The notes: a model not told the origin generated them from the sequence alone. Positions 23,039-35,117 are shown, numbered from the stretch's first letter. The stretch: DNA of 64,000 nt from Asterias rubens (GCF_902459465.1 NC_047062.1:24118001-24182000), one strand, 5' to 3'. Numbers and translations are program-made.

Positions 23039-25048
23039 TTGAAAGTTGTATGATGGGATGGGGACTCGGATACTGTAGAGTGTATTTTAAAATGTTTGTA
23101 TTTTACGAATTTGAACTACTCTCAAGTGTACATGTAATACACAGTATTTGTGTATAGTGTAGTGTAAGCAGCTCAATGATGAACTTGTCCTCAGTCCCAT
23201 TTGTCGCTTGTGTAACGACGAACGCCAGGCCTGTATGTTTCGTTATTGAAAGGGCAAGGGCACCAAGGCATTTTCTCTTTGGTAAAACGCACCCTACAAG
23301 GAGTTTACAAATTACTACTGGAACATTTCAAGGGCACCAAGGCAACAACCAGGGGGTATCGAGGCGATCGGCTTCCTTGCCTCTCCGAAGTATCAGGCCT
23401 GCAGCAACCCCCCCCCTCCCATGTTACCATGCTGTCAGTACTCTACCAATTTTAATATATGGCCATTGATATCCAATGAATGTGCTTTCAATTAATATTA
23501 CACTCGGGCTCACCATGGAATACTGTGTTCATGCTGTGTACATTGACGTTGTCTTTCTTGGTATTCTTGAAGATGAAAAGGATATCTCACTTGAAGGTTG
23601 TCTGCTTAATGGCAATTTACACATTGTTTGCTTCTAGTGCTTAGTGACCGCATTTGAACTTTGTGTGTGTGTGTATGAGGTTACTGACAGCTTTTTTGGT
23701 GAATTTATAAACATGTACTAATTACTGAATACAAGTCTGAATTGGCTTCTTTAGTACTGGGTTCAAACTGACTACTTATTGTATAATTAAGTCTTGATTA
23801 TGTTACCTACATTGTAGATTACCATCTGTCATTGGGTGTTCGGGCTTCAGCCAAACACCTCTTGTTTTATTCTTAAGACACTTTAAATGATTGAACTTTT
23901 CAATAATAGATCATTCCAAGGTGGTTACCACCAATATTACCATACAAACTAACAGTATTAAAATAAGTAGCACTCACCGTGTTTGTCACATTTTGACTCT
24001 CGATTCTGCATGCATGCCTTTCAGTGTCAGTTCACTTCTTCAAACCTTGTCTCAAACTCAAATCATTTTATTAACTGACTAAAAACTAGATTTTATTCTT
24101 CAAACCTCTTGTAGGCATGTTCACATGGATTCATTTACTTGAATGACATTTAACTTTATAATGCACAACCATGTTCATGTAATATAATGAACTACTACAG
24201 TCCATCATTGCATTTAAAAAATTAACCAGTTAACGCAGGGAGACTTATATCCCACTCTAATTTTTATTGTGCCAGAAATCAGATGATAAATACACCCCCT
24301 GTTGTAGAAACTTGGATTACTGGAACACCTTAGACAAAAAGCGGTGACAAAACAATCAAAGCCCACAGATTTGTATGCGCAGCGCACAGTACTGGCCAAT
24401 GAACAACCTCCTTTTGACCTCTAGGTGAGGGCGCCCTACTGAAATGGCGTCATGTGCATTTAAGGTCTATTCCAAACGTATGTCCTTTCGTTGTATAAAC
24501 AAGGATTACGAGAGATCGATATAGGCTGCCACCATTGTTCACATTGTATTTGGCTCAATGGGAGGTAAGTCCGACTGATCTGAGTTTCCAGCAATACCAT
24601 GGCGGGTTGTCAAAGAATGCAGATGGCCAGGGTTTTGCAATTCACAGTGAATGCAGCTCATGTTTTCTCGAAAGAGATAAACAGATCTCAGTGCTTTGTA
24701 CTGTATACAAATTTATTTGCGACGATATTCTCAAAAAGTAAATTACTCTGCCAGTTCCAAAGTTTCAATTCTGTTTGTGGGCACAGACAAATTTCAGAAT
24801 CTCTAGCGAAGTGATGAAAAAGCATATAGTTAACCTTTGAGGAAGGTTTTTAATGTTTATTTTAAACGTGTTTTATGTGAATCTCATGAAAAGTGAGTGC
24901 GTTGCGTTGACTCTGTTAAAGATCAAGGTCATGTGTCCTGCAAGAACGAGACGAGGGGAATCAAATTGTACTCGAAGCTCACTTTCCAACTGGAAAAAAA
25001 AAACCAGCAACTAATGTTACTAACTCAATTTATTTTTAAAACCTGCAG

Positions 25049-25358
25049 GAATTTTTTCTTTGGTTCGTCTCACGGACACCATAAGTACAGCAAGAATCCA
25101 CCACAGCAGACTGCAACAGATTCACCATCGACTAGTGCTGAGGCTGAGCCTTCATCCTCATCTCAATCTCAATCTCCCGCGACTACTAGTCCCCCTACTA
25201 AACACAACAGTCGTCTCCGTCGCTCCCTTAGTATGAAGAAACTAAGGAGTAGTTTCCGTCGGAAGGACCACGCCCATGTTCCGGCAGCCAGTAAACCTCA
25301 CCAATGGCAGCAAGATGAGAAGTCGGTCAGGGCGGGGTCATGTAACTTTGCCGTCAAG
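25049..25358 (+). CDS. numb: numb exon: S/P/T-rich N-terminal extension, [11 protein letters not shown] and start of PTB ([22 protein letters not shown])
   Basis: Strong match to the Numb N-terminus; acceptor cctgcag, donor GTTTGT; internal ATG at 25233. Confidence 0.93.
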
Positions 25359-25771
25359 GTTTGTCTGATTCACTGGTATTTTATGCTTTTAGGGCAGATT
25401 GAGTTTGTATTGCTTTGCTTTTGGTTTGCATTTGTGTGGAACGTGCTCAGTGCTGTGTGCTTCTCACATGACATTCTTTCTTCCCAGTAAAAATACAAAA
25501 CACTTTCGAATGCATTGAGTTTTTTCATGAAGACAATACACATCTTGCGTACATAAAATAACAAAATGAGATACGCAAAGGTCATTCTTGTATACTGTAC
25601 CTAACATTTTAAAATGAATTCATGTGTACCTCAAAACGCTACCACCTTTTGAAATGAAATGTTAGTAAGTTAGATTTATTGTACATGTAGGTGTATGTTT
25701 ACATGTACAGTATATAGGATTAAAACAATCCAACAGTTCCAAAAGCCACTTTGCCTTTAAGAGTCGCTTCA

Positions 25772-26138
25772 AGACAGTGGACACTATTGGTTATTGTCAA
25801 AGACTAGTCGTAGCTCAACATATACATAAAATAACAAACCTGTGAAAATTTGAGCTCAATCGGTTGTTGAAGTTGCGAGATAATAATGAAAGGAAAAAAC
25901 ACCCTTATCACACGAAGTTGTATGCTTTCAGATGCTTGATTTCGAGACCTCAAATTCTAAATCTGAGGTCTCGAAATCAAATTTGTGGAAAATTACTTGT
26001 TTCTCGAAAACTACATTACTTCAGAGGGAGCCGTTTAACACAATGGTTTATACTATCAACCTCTCCCCATTATACGTAATCAAGTCAGGTTTAATGATAA
26101 TAATTATTTTTAGCAATTATCAATAGTGTCCACTGCCT
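25772..26138 (+). mobile_element. MITE family A copy
   Basis: TIRs, hairpin, TTAA at the right end (TTCA at the left). Confidence 0.85.
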
Positions 26139-26636
26139 TTAATACATGTAACCATAGCCCTAGACAGTTCACTCTTGAACTGTTCAAGCATAGTTCAAGC
26201 AAGCTCACATGTAGAGCAGTTGGAACAACAGCAAACAGACCCCCTGCATTCAGCTCAATTTATTGTCTAAACTCTTGACCTTATCGGGTCAAGAGGCTGT
26301 ACAGTCAGTGCACATGCTGTTATCAGGCACTATATTCTTCCCGATTCGGGATTATTTTACCCTCTGAAAAAGTTAGAAAACCTGTGATTGTATAGCCTGA
26401 AAAGTCTGTTAAAACCTATACAATGTGTATGGGCTTGCCTTTGAGGCATTGCATGACAAGTTATCAATGTATAATATTTGGTTTGCTGTAGCACCAGGTG
26501 TTGTATACTTGCTGGGTAGATCATGGAGTATGTTCTTTTGAGAACTTGTCTTGCTATAAGTATTCTATTACCACGGAGTAGATTTTTCTGGATTTTGGAG
26601 ACTGTAATACAAGTAGGCATTGGCTGCATTGTACAG

Positions 26637-26876
26637 GGCCCAATTTCATAGAGCTGCTTAGCACAAAAATTTGCTTAGCATGAAATTTCTTCCTTGATAA
26701 AAACAGGTTTACCAACCAAATTTCCATGTGATTTTCAAGATAAGCAAACAAAAGCTGAATACCAGTAACAAGCACTATGTAACAAATGGAAGTTTGGCTG
26801 GTAGTTCTGTTTTTATCAGGGAAGAAATTTCATGCTTAGCAAATTTTTGTGCTTAGCAGCTCTATGAAATTGGGCC
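26637..26876. mobile_element. Harbinger-like MITE (GGCCCAATTTCATAGAGCTGCT TIRs, about 70-bp arms); relatives at 47932-48171 and 62821-62999
   Basis: Long inverted arms; flanks are CAG or CAG-like trinucleotides. Confidence 0.8.
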
Positions 26877-27120
26877 GTGGTCAGTCCTTCTACACAATAA
26901 AATGTATACTCTTTTTCCAAGGACAAAATATTATGTCTGTGTTATGTACAGTAGATCCAACAATCAATGGGGAGTTATCCATTGGGATTGGATGAATAAA
27001 ATGATGAAAAGTCTGTTTTAAAAGTTGTGACATGGACACCTATTCGTATGTCCGAATGTGTACTTGAAGATTGACAAGTATTGTAGGCATGGACTGAAGA
27101 AGTGTCTTAAATTGGCACTT

Positions 27121-27353
27121 CTTCTTCAGCTGCGCCATGCATCTGGAACTCTCTACCACTTATTAGATCAACATTAGATCTCGTCTTTTTCCACAACATT
27201 CAAATCTCTTCTCAAAACTTATCTTATGTCACAGGTTTTCAAGGACTAATTTTGTTGTTTGTTTTGTTTGTTTTGTTTGTTTTTGGTTTTTACTGCGCCT
27301 TGAACACCCTGCAGGGTGGATGCGCATTACAAGTCTTATTATTATTATTATTA
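27121..27353 (+). mobile_element. L2/CR1-type LINE 3' end (decayed ORF2 C-terminus, 3' UTR, (TTA)n tail)
   Basis: Translates as SSAAPCIWNSLP...FKSLLKTYLMSQVF*, a typical L2 ORF2 end; microsatellite tail. Confidence 0.75.
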
Positions 27354-27485
27354 CTTGTGTACAATCGACTTTCCTTATAATCATACAAGGTCACTGGGAC
27401 TTGCCAAATTACCTCTTTACAACAGGAACAAAGCAAAGAAACAAAAGGTAGAAATGAGATTCAGGACTTCAGAATGTACTCTTTC

Positions 27486-27633
27486 AATGGGAGACTTTTG
27501 GGACGCTTGGTGGCAGCAGACTTACCAGGTAAATTTCCATCGTTTACGTAGTTCTGAGCGTGCGCACATGACCGAGAACTATGGATTTTACCTGGTAAGT
27601 CTGCTGCCACCAAGCGTCCCAAAGTCTCCCATT
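27486..27633. mobile_element. Palindromic MITE with about 48-bp arms (AATGGGAGACTTT..GGACGCTTGGTGGCAGCAGACTTACCAGGTAAA); diverged relative at about 52540-52690
   Basis: Near-perfect inverted arms. Confidence 0.75.
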
Positions 27634-28650
27634 ATAAGCAGAACCTCTTTACAGACTTGCTCTTTTAACGAGAGCCAACTGTATGTATTGCGGCATCATG
27701 TAGATAATCAAGTCCACAATGGTTGTGCAGGAGTGCTGTACTGCTCTCTGTCCGTGATCATTTGATGCCACCTGCAGTCATTGATAACATACATAATTAC
27801 CATGCCCTTAGTTTTGGATTGGTCTAGAGAGGGCTAATGGCAAACTGTGTGACCTACATAACACAATGTAAGCCTTGACTTTCACCTGTTATTTGCTGAT
27901 GATACACTGACTACAATCAGTGCAATGTCTGAATGCGCAGAATGTCTAAATAATAATAACAATAATAATAATAATAAGACTTGTAATGCGCACGTATCCA
28001 CCCTGCTGGGTGTTCAAGGCGCAGAAATTAAACTTTGAAGTCTTTTCTTTTAACAAAGGTTGAAATACACATCACTCTGAAATGGTTGACTTTGAACTGT
28101 ACGTGTAAACAGAAATGTACAAATGTAAACCCAACGTGTACATTGTACATGTACATGGGCGTACATTTACAACCACTCCCAACTAAAGCCTGAATTTATA
28201 ATTCCCATACACAAATCGGTAAATCCTTAAAAGATGGGTTTGATCTTTTTCTTTCTCTGGTTGAACTCATGTTTACATGTTCACATACATGTATTCGTGC
28301 CTAGATGCGTTATCCAAAAACACGTGTTTTGATCCTTTTCTGTCTCTATTTAGACTCATGCATTGTACATTTTTCTGATTGAACTCATACATTGTACATT
28401 CTTACATTGGTGCATGGAAGCGACAATCTTTCTCCTGTTGACTTTCTTCACCAATCCTTCTACAAGATGTAGACAGCTTTTGACAGCTTCTACATAATGT
28501 ACAGAGTCCCAGACTGACATCATATGGAGTCTTATCAGCTACACTCCTTCTGTGATGGACTCACTAGATGCTATCACAGGGTGCTTCTTAACACAGGGGC
28601 TCTAATGGGTTCATGTGTGTTTACCTAGGTTAGGGTTTCACTCTCTGTGA

Positions 28651-29388
28651 CTGAAACTCTTGAAGGGTTTTCATAGAGAGTCTGAAACTCTCAAAGGGTT
28701 TTCATAGAAAGTCTGAAACTCTTGAAGGGTTTTCATAGAGAGTCTGAAACTCTTGAAGGGTTTTCATAGAGAGTCTGAAACTCTTGAAGGGTTTTCATAG
28801 AGAGTCTGAAACTCTCAAAGGGTTTTCATAGAGAGTCTGAAACTCTTAAAGGGTTTTCATAGAGAGTCTGAAACTCTTAAAGGGTTTTCATAGAGAGTCT
28901 GAAACTCTTTAAGGGTTTTCATAGAGAGTCTGAAACTCTTAAAGGGTTTTCATAGAGAGTCTGAAACTCTTAAAGGGTTTTCATAGAGAGTCTGAAACTC
29001 TTAAAGGGTTTTCATAGAGAGTCTGAAACTCTTAAAGGGTTTTCATAGAGAGTCTGAAACTCTTAAAGGGTTTTCATAGAGAGTCTGAAACTCTTAAAGG
29101 GTTTTCATAGAGAGTCTGAAACTCTTAAAGGGTTTTCATAGAGAGTCTGAAACTCTTAAAGGGTTTTCATAGAGAGTCTGAAACTCTTAAAGGGTTTTCA
29201 TAGAGAGTCTGAAACTCTTAAAGGGTTTTCATAGAGAGTCTGAAACTCTTAAAGGGTTTTCATAGAGAGTCTGAAACTCTTAAAGGGTTTTCATAGAGAG
29301 TCTGAAACTCTTAAAGGGTTTTCATAGAGAGTCTGAAACTCTTAAAGGGTTTTCATAGAGAGTCTGAAACTCTTAAAGGGTTTTCATA
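28651..29388 (+). repeat. 31-bp minisatellite (CTGAAACTCTTAAAGGGTTTTCATAGAGAGT), about 24 copies
   Basis: Directly visible head-to-tail array without spacers. Confidence 0.97.
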
Positions 29389-29745
29389 CCTTTTGTTGAT
29401 CAAGTTTTTGACGTGGCATGAATCCCTACTCACGGCGAATGAAGATGTTTGACCTGTAGCAGTTTCAGCTTCCAAGTTTTTGAGAGAAACAAACAGTGAA
29501 AATCACAGAGCAATGTTTTCAGGAGAGTTGCATAAAATACGCAAAAATAGTTTTCGGATTGTGAGTCCGAGACAAAATTATTTTTGTGATATTGTTTTAC
29601 TCACTATTGAACAACTACCGGTACAGCACCTCAGCCAGTAATATTTTAGTGGATGCATTGTACTATTATTATCTTCAAACCGTGTGAGTCTAATGTTAAC
29701 CTGTGGACATTGTGATTTGTGTCATACAAAAAGTACCCAAACCCT
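29377..29745 (-). mobile_element. Kolobok-like MITE family C (TIRs AGGGTTTtcaTACcTTTTGT / AGGGTTTgggTACtTTTTGT)
   Basis: TTAA at the left end; the reverse complement of the right end matches the element start at 31176. Confidence 0.7.
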
Positions 29746-29805
29746 CAGAAAACTACAGGGTAGCAATATTGAATCGATCTATCCGGCCCTTATACCTATA
29801 CAAGA

Positions 29806-30030
29806 CAAGCAAGTACAGGTTCAGTATTTGCATTGAAGTCAGTGTCATTGTACGATTATACACTGTACACTCTGTAGACTACTGATACCAAAGGATCAAT
29901 TCAAGCAAGTACAGGTTCAGTATTTGCATTGAAGTCGGTGTCATTGTACGATTATACACTGTACACTCTGTAGACTATTGTACGATTATACACTGTACAC
30001 TCTGTAGACTACTGATACCAAAGGATCAAT
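29806..30030 (+). repeat. Tandem duplication of 95 bp; the second copy carries an extra internal 34-bp duplication
   Basis: 29806-29900 is repeated at 29902-30030. Confidence 0.9.
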
Positions 30031-30162
30031 GTATAATTGATTGCACTTGATCAGGTAATAGACAAGAAGTACACAAGAGGCTGTGTACTTAATATAAACA
30101 CATCAGAGGAACACTTCAATGCATAAAACATTGCAACCTTATACATTGACAGACACTGTTAA

Positions 30163-30535
30163 AGGCGCTGGATTGGTAAATACTCAAAATAATTATTAGC
30201 TTAAACCTTACTTGGTAATGAGTAATGGGGAGCTGTTGATAGTTTAAAACGTTGTGAGAAACGGCTCCGTCTGAAGTAACATTGTTTTTCGAGAAAGAAG
30301 TAATTTTCCACGAATTTGATTTCGAGACCTCAGAATTAGATTTTGAGGTCTCGTAATCAAGCATTCTGAAAGCACACAACTTCGTGTGACAAGGGCTTTT
30401 TTTCTTTCATTATTATCTTCAACTTCGACGACCAATTGGGCTCAGATTTTCACAGGCTTGTTATTTTATGCATATGTTGAGATACACCAAGTGAGAAGAC
30501 TGGTCTTTGGCAATTTCCAATAGTGTCCAGTGTCT
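30163..30535 (-). mobile_element. MITE family A copy (reverse orientation)
   Basis: TTAA on both sides; shares TTAA 30536-30539 with the next copy. Confidence 0.85.
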
Positions 30536-30539
30536 TTAA

Positions 30540-30924
30540 AGGCAGTGGACACTATTGGTAATTGTCAAAGACTAGCCTTCACAGTGGGTGTATCTCAACA
30601 TATGCATAAAATAACAAACAGGCCCCTGTGAAAATTTGAGCTCAATTGGTCATCGAACAAGCGAGATAATAATGAAAGAAAAAAACACCCTTGTCACCCG
30701 AAGTTGTGTGCGTTTAGATGGTTGATTTCGAGACCTCAAGTTCTAAATCTGAGGTCTCGAAATCAAATTCGTGGAAAATTACTTCTTTCTCGAAAACTAT
30801 TGCACTTCAGAGGGAGCCGTTTCTCACACTGTTTTATACCATCAACCTCTCCCCATTACTCGTCACCAAGAAAGGTTTTATGCTAATAATTATTTTGAGT
30901 AATTAACAATAGTGCCCACTGCCT
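30540..30924 (+). mobile_element. MITE family A copy
   Basis: TTAA on both sides, TIRs, hairpin. Confidence 0.88.
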
Positions 30925-31175
30925 TTAAGGCGTACTCTGAACATCAGTCATGATGTTTTCAGAGTGAGCGAGTGAATAAAAAACAATTTGATGATAGAAA
31001 ACAGTTTGTACACACATCAACAGAACATCATCAGTAAAATCTTTGAGGATTGACAATTCAATTTAGTATTGTACACAAGCACACTGCATTGAATCCTAGA
31101 GCAAGGACCATTGAATCAATCAGCAGATTGACATCAAATGTATTTGTTGCGACTGAAAGAGATACGGACTGTTAA

Positions 31176-31999
31176 AGGGACTGGGTACTTTTTGTACAAA
31201 ACACAATGTCCACAGATTTACATTAAACTTACACAGATTGAAGATACTGATGGTAAAAAGCTTCCTTCGAAATAATATTACTTGCTTATTACTTTTCAAA
31301 GTTGTGTGCTTTCAGATGCTTGATTTCGGGACCTTAAAGTCACCTGGAAGTGGTATTTTTTCAAAATAAAGCTTTTGTCATTAATACGTGTTTTGATGAG
31401 TGGAATGTGAATAAACAGTTAACTAAGGTTTTAAAAAATCAGTTCTTATGTTATTTACAAATTTAAGAGTAGACCCCGACCCGAGAGGGCGCTGTTCGTG
31501 ACGTCAATCGAGGCAGACTTTGCCTGTAATGCGTGGAGTAAACACAATTGCAATGTTGAAATTTTGAAATGTACCAACTCACGACTTGGACTTACATGTA
31601 CTTTGCACGTGTGTTTACTATACGCATTGCAGGCAAAGTCTGCCTCGATTGACGTCACAAAAGGGGTAGGCGGAGTCAGCCCCCAAACAACTTTATATAT
31701 TTTTTAAACATATAAATCGTGACAAACAATTACTAGAAAAATTGTTTTATTGTTCGCAAGCATATTACTCTTATGTTTGAAAGAAAAAAATTATATTTCC
31801 AGGTGACTTTAAATTCTAAATCTGAGGTCTAAAAATCAAATTCGTGGAAAATTACTTCTTTCTCGAAAACTACGTTACTTCGGAGGCAGCCGTTTTTTCA
31901 CAATGTTTTATACTATCAACCTTTCCCCATTACTCGTTACTAAGTAAGGTTTTATGCTAATAATTATTTTGAGTAAATTACCAATAGTGTCCACTGCCT
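31176..31999 (+). mobile_element. Chimeric family C (left) / family A (right) element, interrupted by a family B insertion
   Basis: TTAA on both sides; C-type left end, switch to A sequence near 31298, A-type right TIR. Confidence 0.75.
31338..31808. mobile_element. Kolobok-like MITE family B (TIR AGTCACCTGGAA) with an internal palindrome of about 49-bp arms
   Basis: 12-bp TIRs; TTAA duplication at 31334 and 31809; arms at 31498-31546 and 31610-31658. Confidence 0.88.
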
Positions 32000-33490
32000 T
32001 TAAGTAAAAATACTATACACGTACATGTACAGTGTAATGCATAGTATTATACAGAGAATCCTACAGCCACTACCCGGTACACATGTACGAGTACGACTGA
32101 ACATATCTGGAGGGTGTTGCCACGTTGTACGAGGCTATTAAATCAATGTTGCATATCTCTCTTCATGCTCATATTGAATTTCCGCCGTCCTGAGGCATTC
32201 TGCCTTGTACAAATTAATCAGTTTGCCCTTCTTGATTCAACTTCAGCTCCTAGCATTATGATGATGGTGTGGCAGTCCTGTTATATCACATTAAGTGTAG
32301 TCCTCTACACACAATACCAATGTGGCATACGTAGCACCAAATGCTCGCAGGTTTGTGTTGCTGACACACAAGTGTCACAACTGGGACTGGAATACGCACT
32401 ATGCTGATCGGAAACACCAGAGCTTGTGTTCGGTGCTCTTATCCACTCAGCCAATGTTTCTGCACATTACGAGTAAAGCAAGTGTGGTCGAACTCCCAAA
32501 AAGTTAATTAAATTTAATTTTGTGTAGAAGTACATTGTACATCACGTAAACATGTACGTAGTTATGAGGGTCTGATATTTCACAAGAGCTATGAATGATC
32601 TCAAGTGGGGATCAATCTCATTTGCTAAGCAAAGTGTGATGTCACAACACAACTTACGATGGAATACATATATATTGACAACTCATGGATGAATCTTGGC
32701 TCTTTGTGATACCCAGCCCTGAGTACATTTTACACATGTACATCACTATTTCTGGAAGTGGACTCATCTGCAAGTGTCGAGAGACATTTTCCCAAACCCG
32801 AGACTTGTTCCTAAATAAGTCTAGAAAACTAATTTGTTTGAGCCTTAATTAAGGTATTGTACATTTTTCAGTACTCAATAGGAGAAGTACTTCAGGAGAA
32901 GTGTACTCGTGTATCAAGACAAAAGACCAACATTTTTATATTTTTTATTCAGTTCCTTGAGTGTCACAGCGCAAGGTTTCCTTGAAGTGTTTTGTACACA
33001 CATGTACACATCTAGGCCAGCACAGGAAGCTTTAAAGAGAATGTTCAATTCTCAATCAGTACGCCTTTAGCCTGGGCATGGGTAACCATGGAGGTGTTAC
33101 CATGGTTGTTGAACACAATCACTTAACATTCTTCCATAATGTACTTACTAAGCACACATGTGGGTCATGTGTACTGGTGCATGCTTCCTATTGGTATTAC
33201 ACTACATACTGTTTACATATAACCTGTCATGCCTGCACATAAAAGGGGCATGTTCCATACAGGAGTTTTTTATAAATTGGATTATTCATGTGTAACACCA
33301 AAGATGATAAAGCGCCAAAGGTGCAATATAGGGAACTCGAGCTGAAATAGGGTATAAAATGTTCACTGGATGTTTATTTTATCAATTCTTTTGCAAGGCA
33401 ACATTGGACGATGACCTGTACTATCAATGATAACAAAACGTTTGTTGGTTGAAATGGCATCTTTGTGTATTTCACGCTTTTAACAACAGA

Positions 33491-33815
33491 TAATAATAAT
33501 AATTGTGGCTTCTTATATAGCGCTAAGGTCCGTCATGCAGTGACACTCATGGAGCTTCAACATTTTTACCTCTGGTCACCGGGCCTTAAATCATTCCTAA
33601 AACAATCTCAGCTCCTGCCAAATATGTTGCGCACTAAGCTAATCAATCACAAGAACCAACTCTGCCCTCCCCTACCCCTGGGTGGAGAGAAGCTTATGGT
33701 TAAGTGTCTTGCTCGAGGACACAAGTGTCACGACCTGGATTCAAACCCACACTCTACTGAACAGAAACACCAGAGCTTGAGTTCGGTGCTCTTATCCGCT
33801 CGGCCACGACACCCC
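33491..33815 (-). mobile_element. tRNA-derived SINE; the same head occurs at 38381-38667 and a fragment at about 32370-32452
   Basis: Reverse strand: A box TGGCCGAGCGG, B-box-like GGGTTTGAATCC, CORE-like GTGTCCTCGAGCAAGACACTTAACC, (TTA)n tail. Confidence 0.75.
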
Positions 33816-35042
33816 AGATAGAGTTCCATTTTCTCATACAGTACATGTATAGTGCTTTCTCTAGGGCTTTGGTTTCTGTTTCCAAAAGCTCCTTGGAATC
33901 TATAACCCCAGAGGGTTACCAACCGGTAGAAATGCCATCATTTCAACATCCCTTTGTATTTGAATCCAAGTTTCAGACTTTTTTGTTACTAATAAATCTC
34001 ACCCCTGTCTATATAATCTTTGGTAACACCATAGAGCTAGGACAACACTAGGTGACACGCTGAAAATTATTGTCAACCCACACATGCTGGACAATGTGTG
34101 TACATTCATTGTATAGAGCATGTACAGTGTAATGTACACACGTACATAGTTTATAACACTGGCAGACATAAGGAATCATCCAATTCACCTCTCTCAGGAC
34201 ACGACAGCATAATTAGAGGTAGATGGTCCATGGTAAAAGTCTCATGTGCTTACATACTACGTACCAGCTAATTTAATGAAAACATGCAGACTCAGTGCTC
34301 TGCCAGTTCAAGGCTTTGTCAATTTTTAATATACGTAATAATAGTAGACCTAGAATTTCAATGGAGGACTCGTCAGCCATTTGTATTCATTGCCCTGTCT
34401 ATTCAGGGCCTATTGCTCAATGGGCCTCTGCCTAAGAAAATTATCCTTAAACAGACTTTTCATTGTTTTTATTCAATGGTGCCAGTACTCTTTTTTTTTT
34501 AATAGTGACACCATTTCTTCTATGGAATGTTTTAAAGTTGTTGGTCATGCATTTACATGAAGAGTATAGGATTTCAGAACTGGGACTCAATGTTTTGTAC
34601 ATTAGGTACATGTGCATTGTACAAGTACACAATACCCATACTTAATAATTAATAACATTAACCATATTTATAAAAGCGCTTTTTTCCAAAGGATACAAAG
34701 TGCTAGGGACAAATGCAACCATTTTTGTAGATCATTGCTTTGTATATGTAGTACATTTAGCTGAAAATGGATAGAACTGCATGATCAATTTTGACTGCAT
34801 ACATTATCTGGGTACCTGTGTAGTAATAATATTAATTGTACGCAGTCCTAATATAGCGCTTTAAATATCACACTTTATTTTCAGCCATAAAAACAAATAG
34901 TTGCGGTTATTGGCTTATCCTTTTAAATTCCTCCCAAAGATTAAAAGTATGCAAATCTATGTGAATGATGGAATGATTACTATGACTGCAGTATGAAATT
35001 CAAATGCAATTTTCAATAACTTACCCTTTGACATCTTTGCAG

Positions 35043-35117
35043 TATCTGGGCTCCATTGAAGTGACTGAATCTAGAGGGATGCACATTTGTGAAGACGCAG
35101 CCAAACAACTTAGATCG
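35043..35117 (+). CDS. numb: numb PTB exon (YLGSIEVTESRGMHICEDAAKQLRS); not in the ORF track
   Basis: Matches Numb YLGxVEVxESRGMHICEDA; canonical splice sites; phase 0. Confidence 0.96.

Noticed and set aside
27316-27765. 149-aa ORF
   Set aside because: It runs through an L2 tail microsatellite and a palindromic MITE, with no splice or domain support.
28651-29388. 31-bp array as a CRISPR locus or coding repeat
   Set aside because: There are no unique spacers and no cas genes, the context is a eukaryotic intron, and the unit contains stop codons.
31455-31707. Two opposite-strand ORFs that both start MTSIEADFACNA
   Set aside because: This is an artefact of the internal palindrome of MITE family B.
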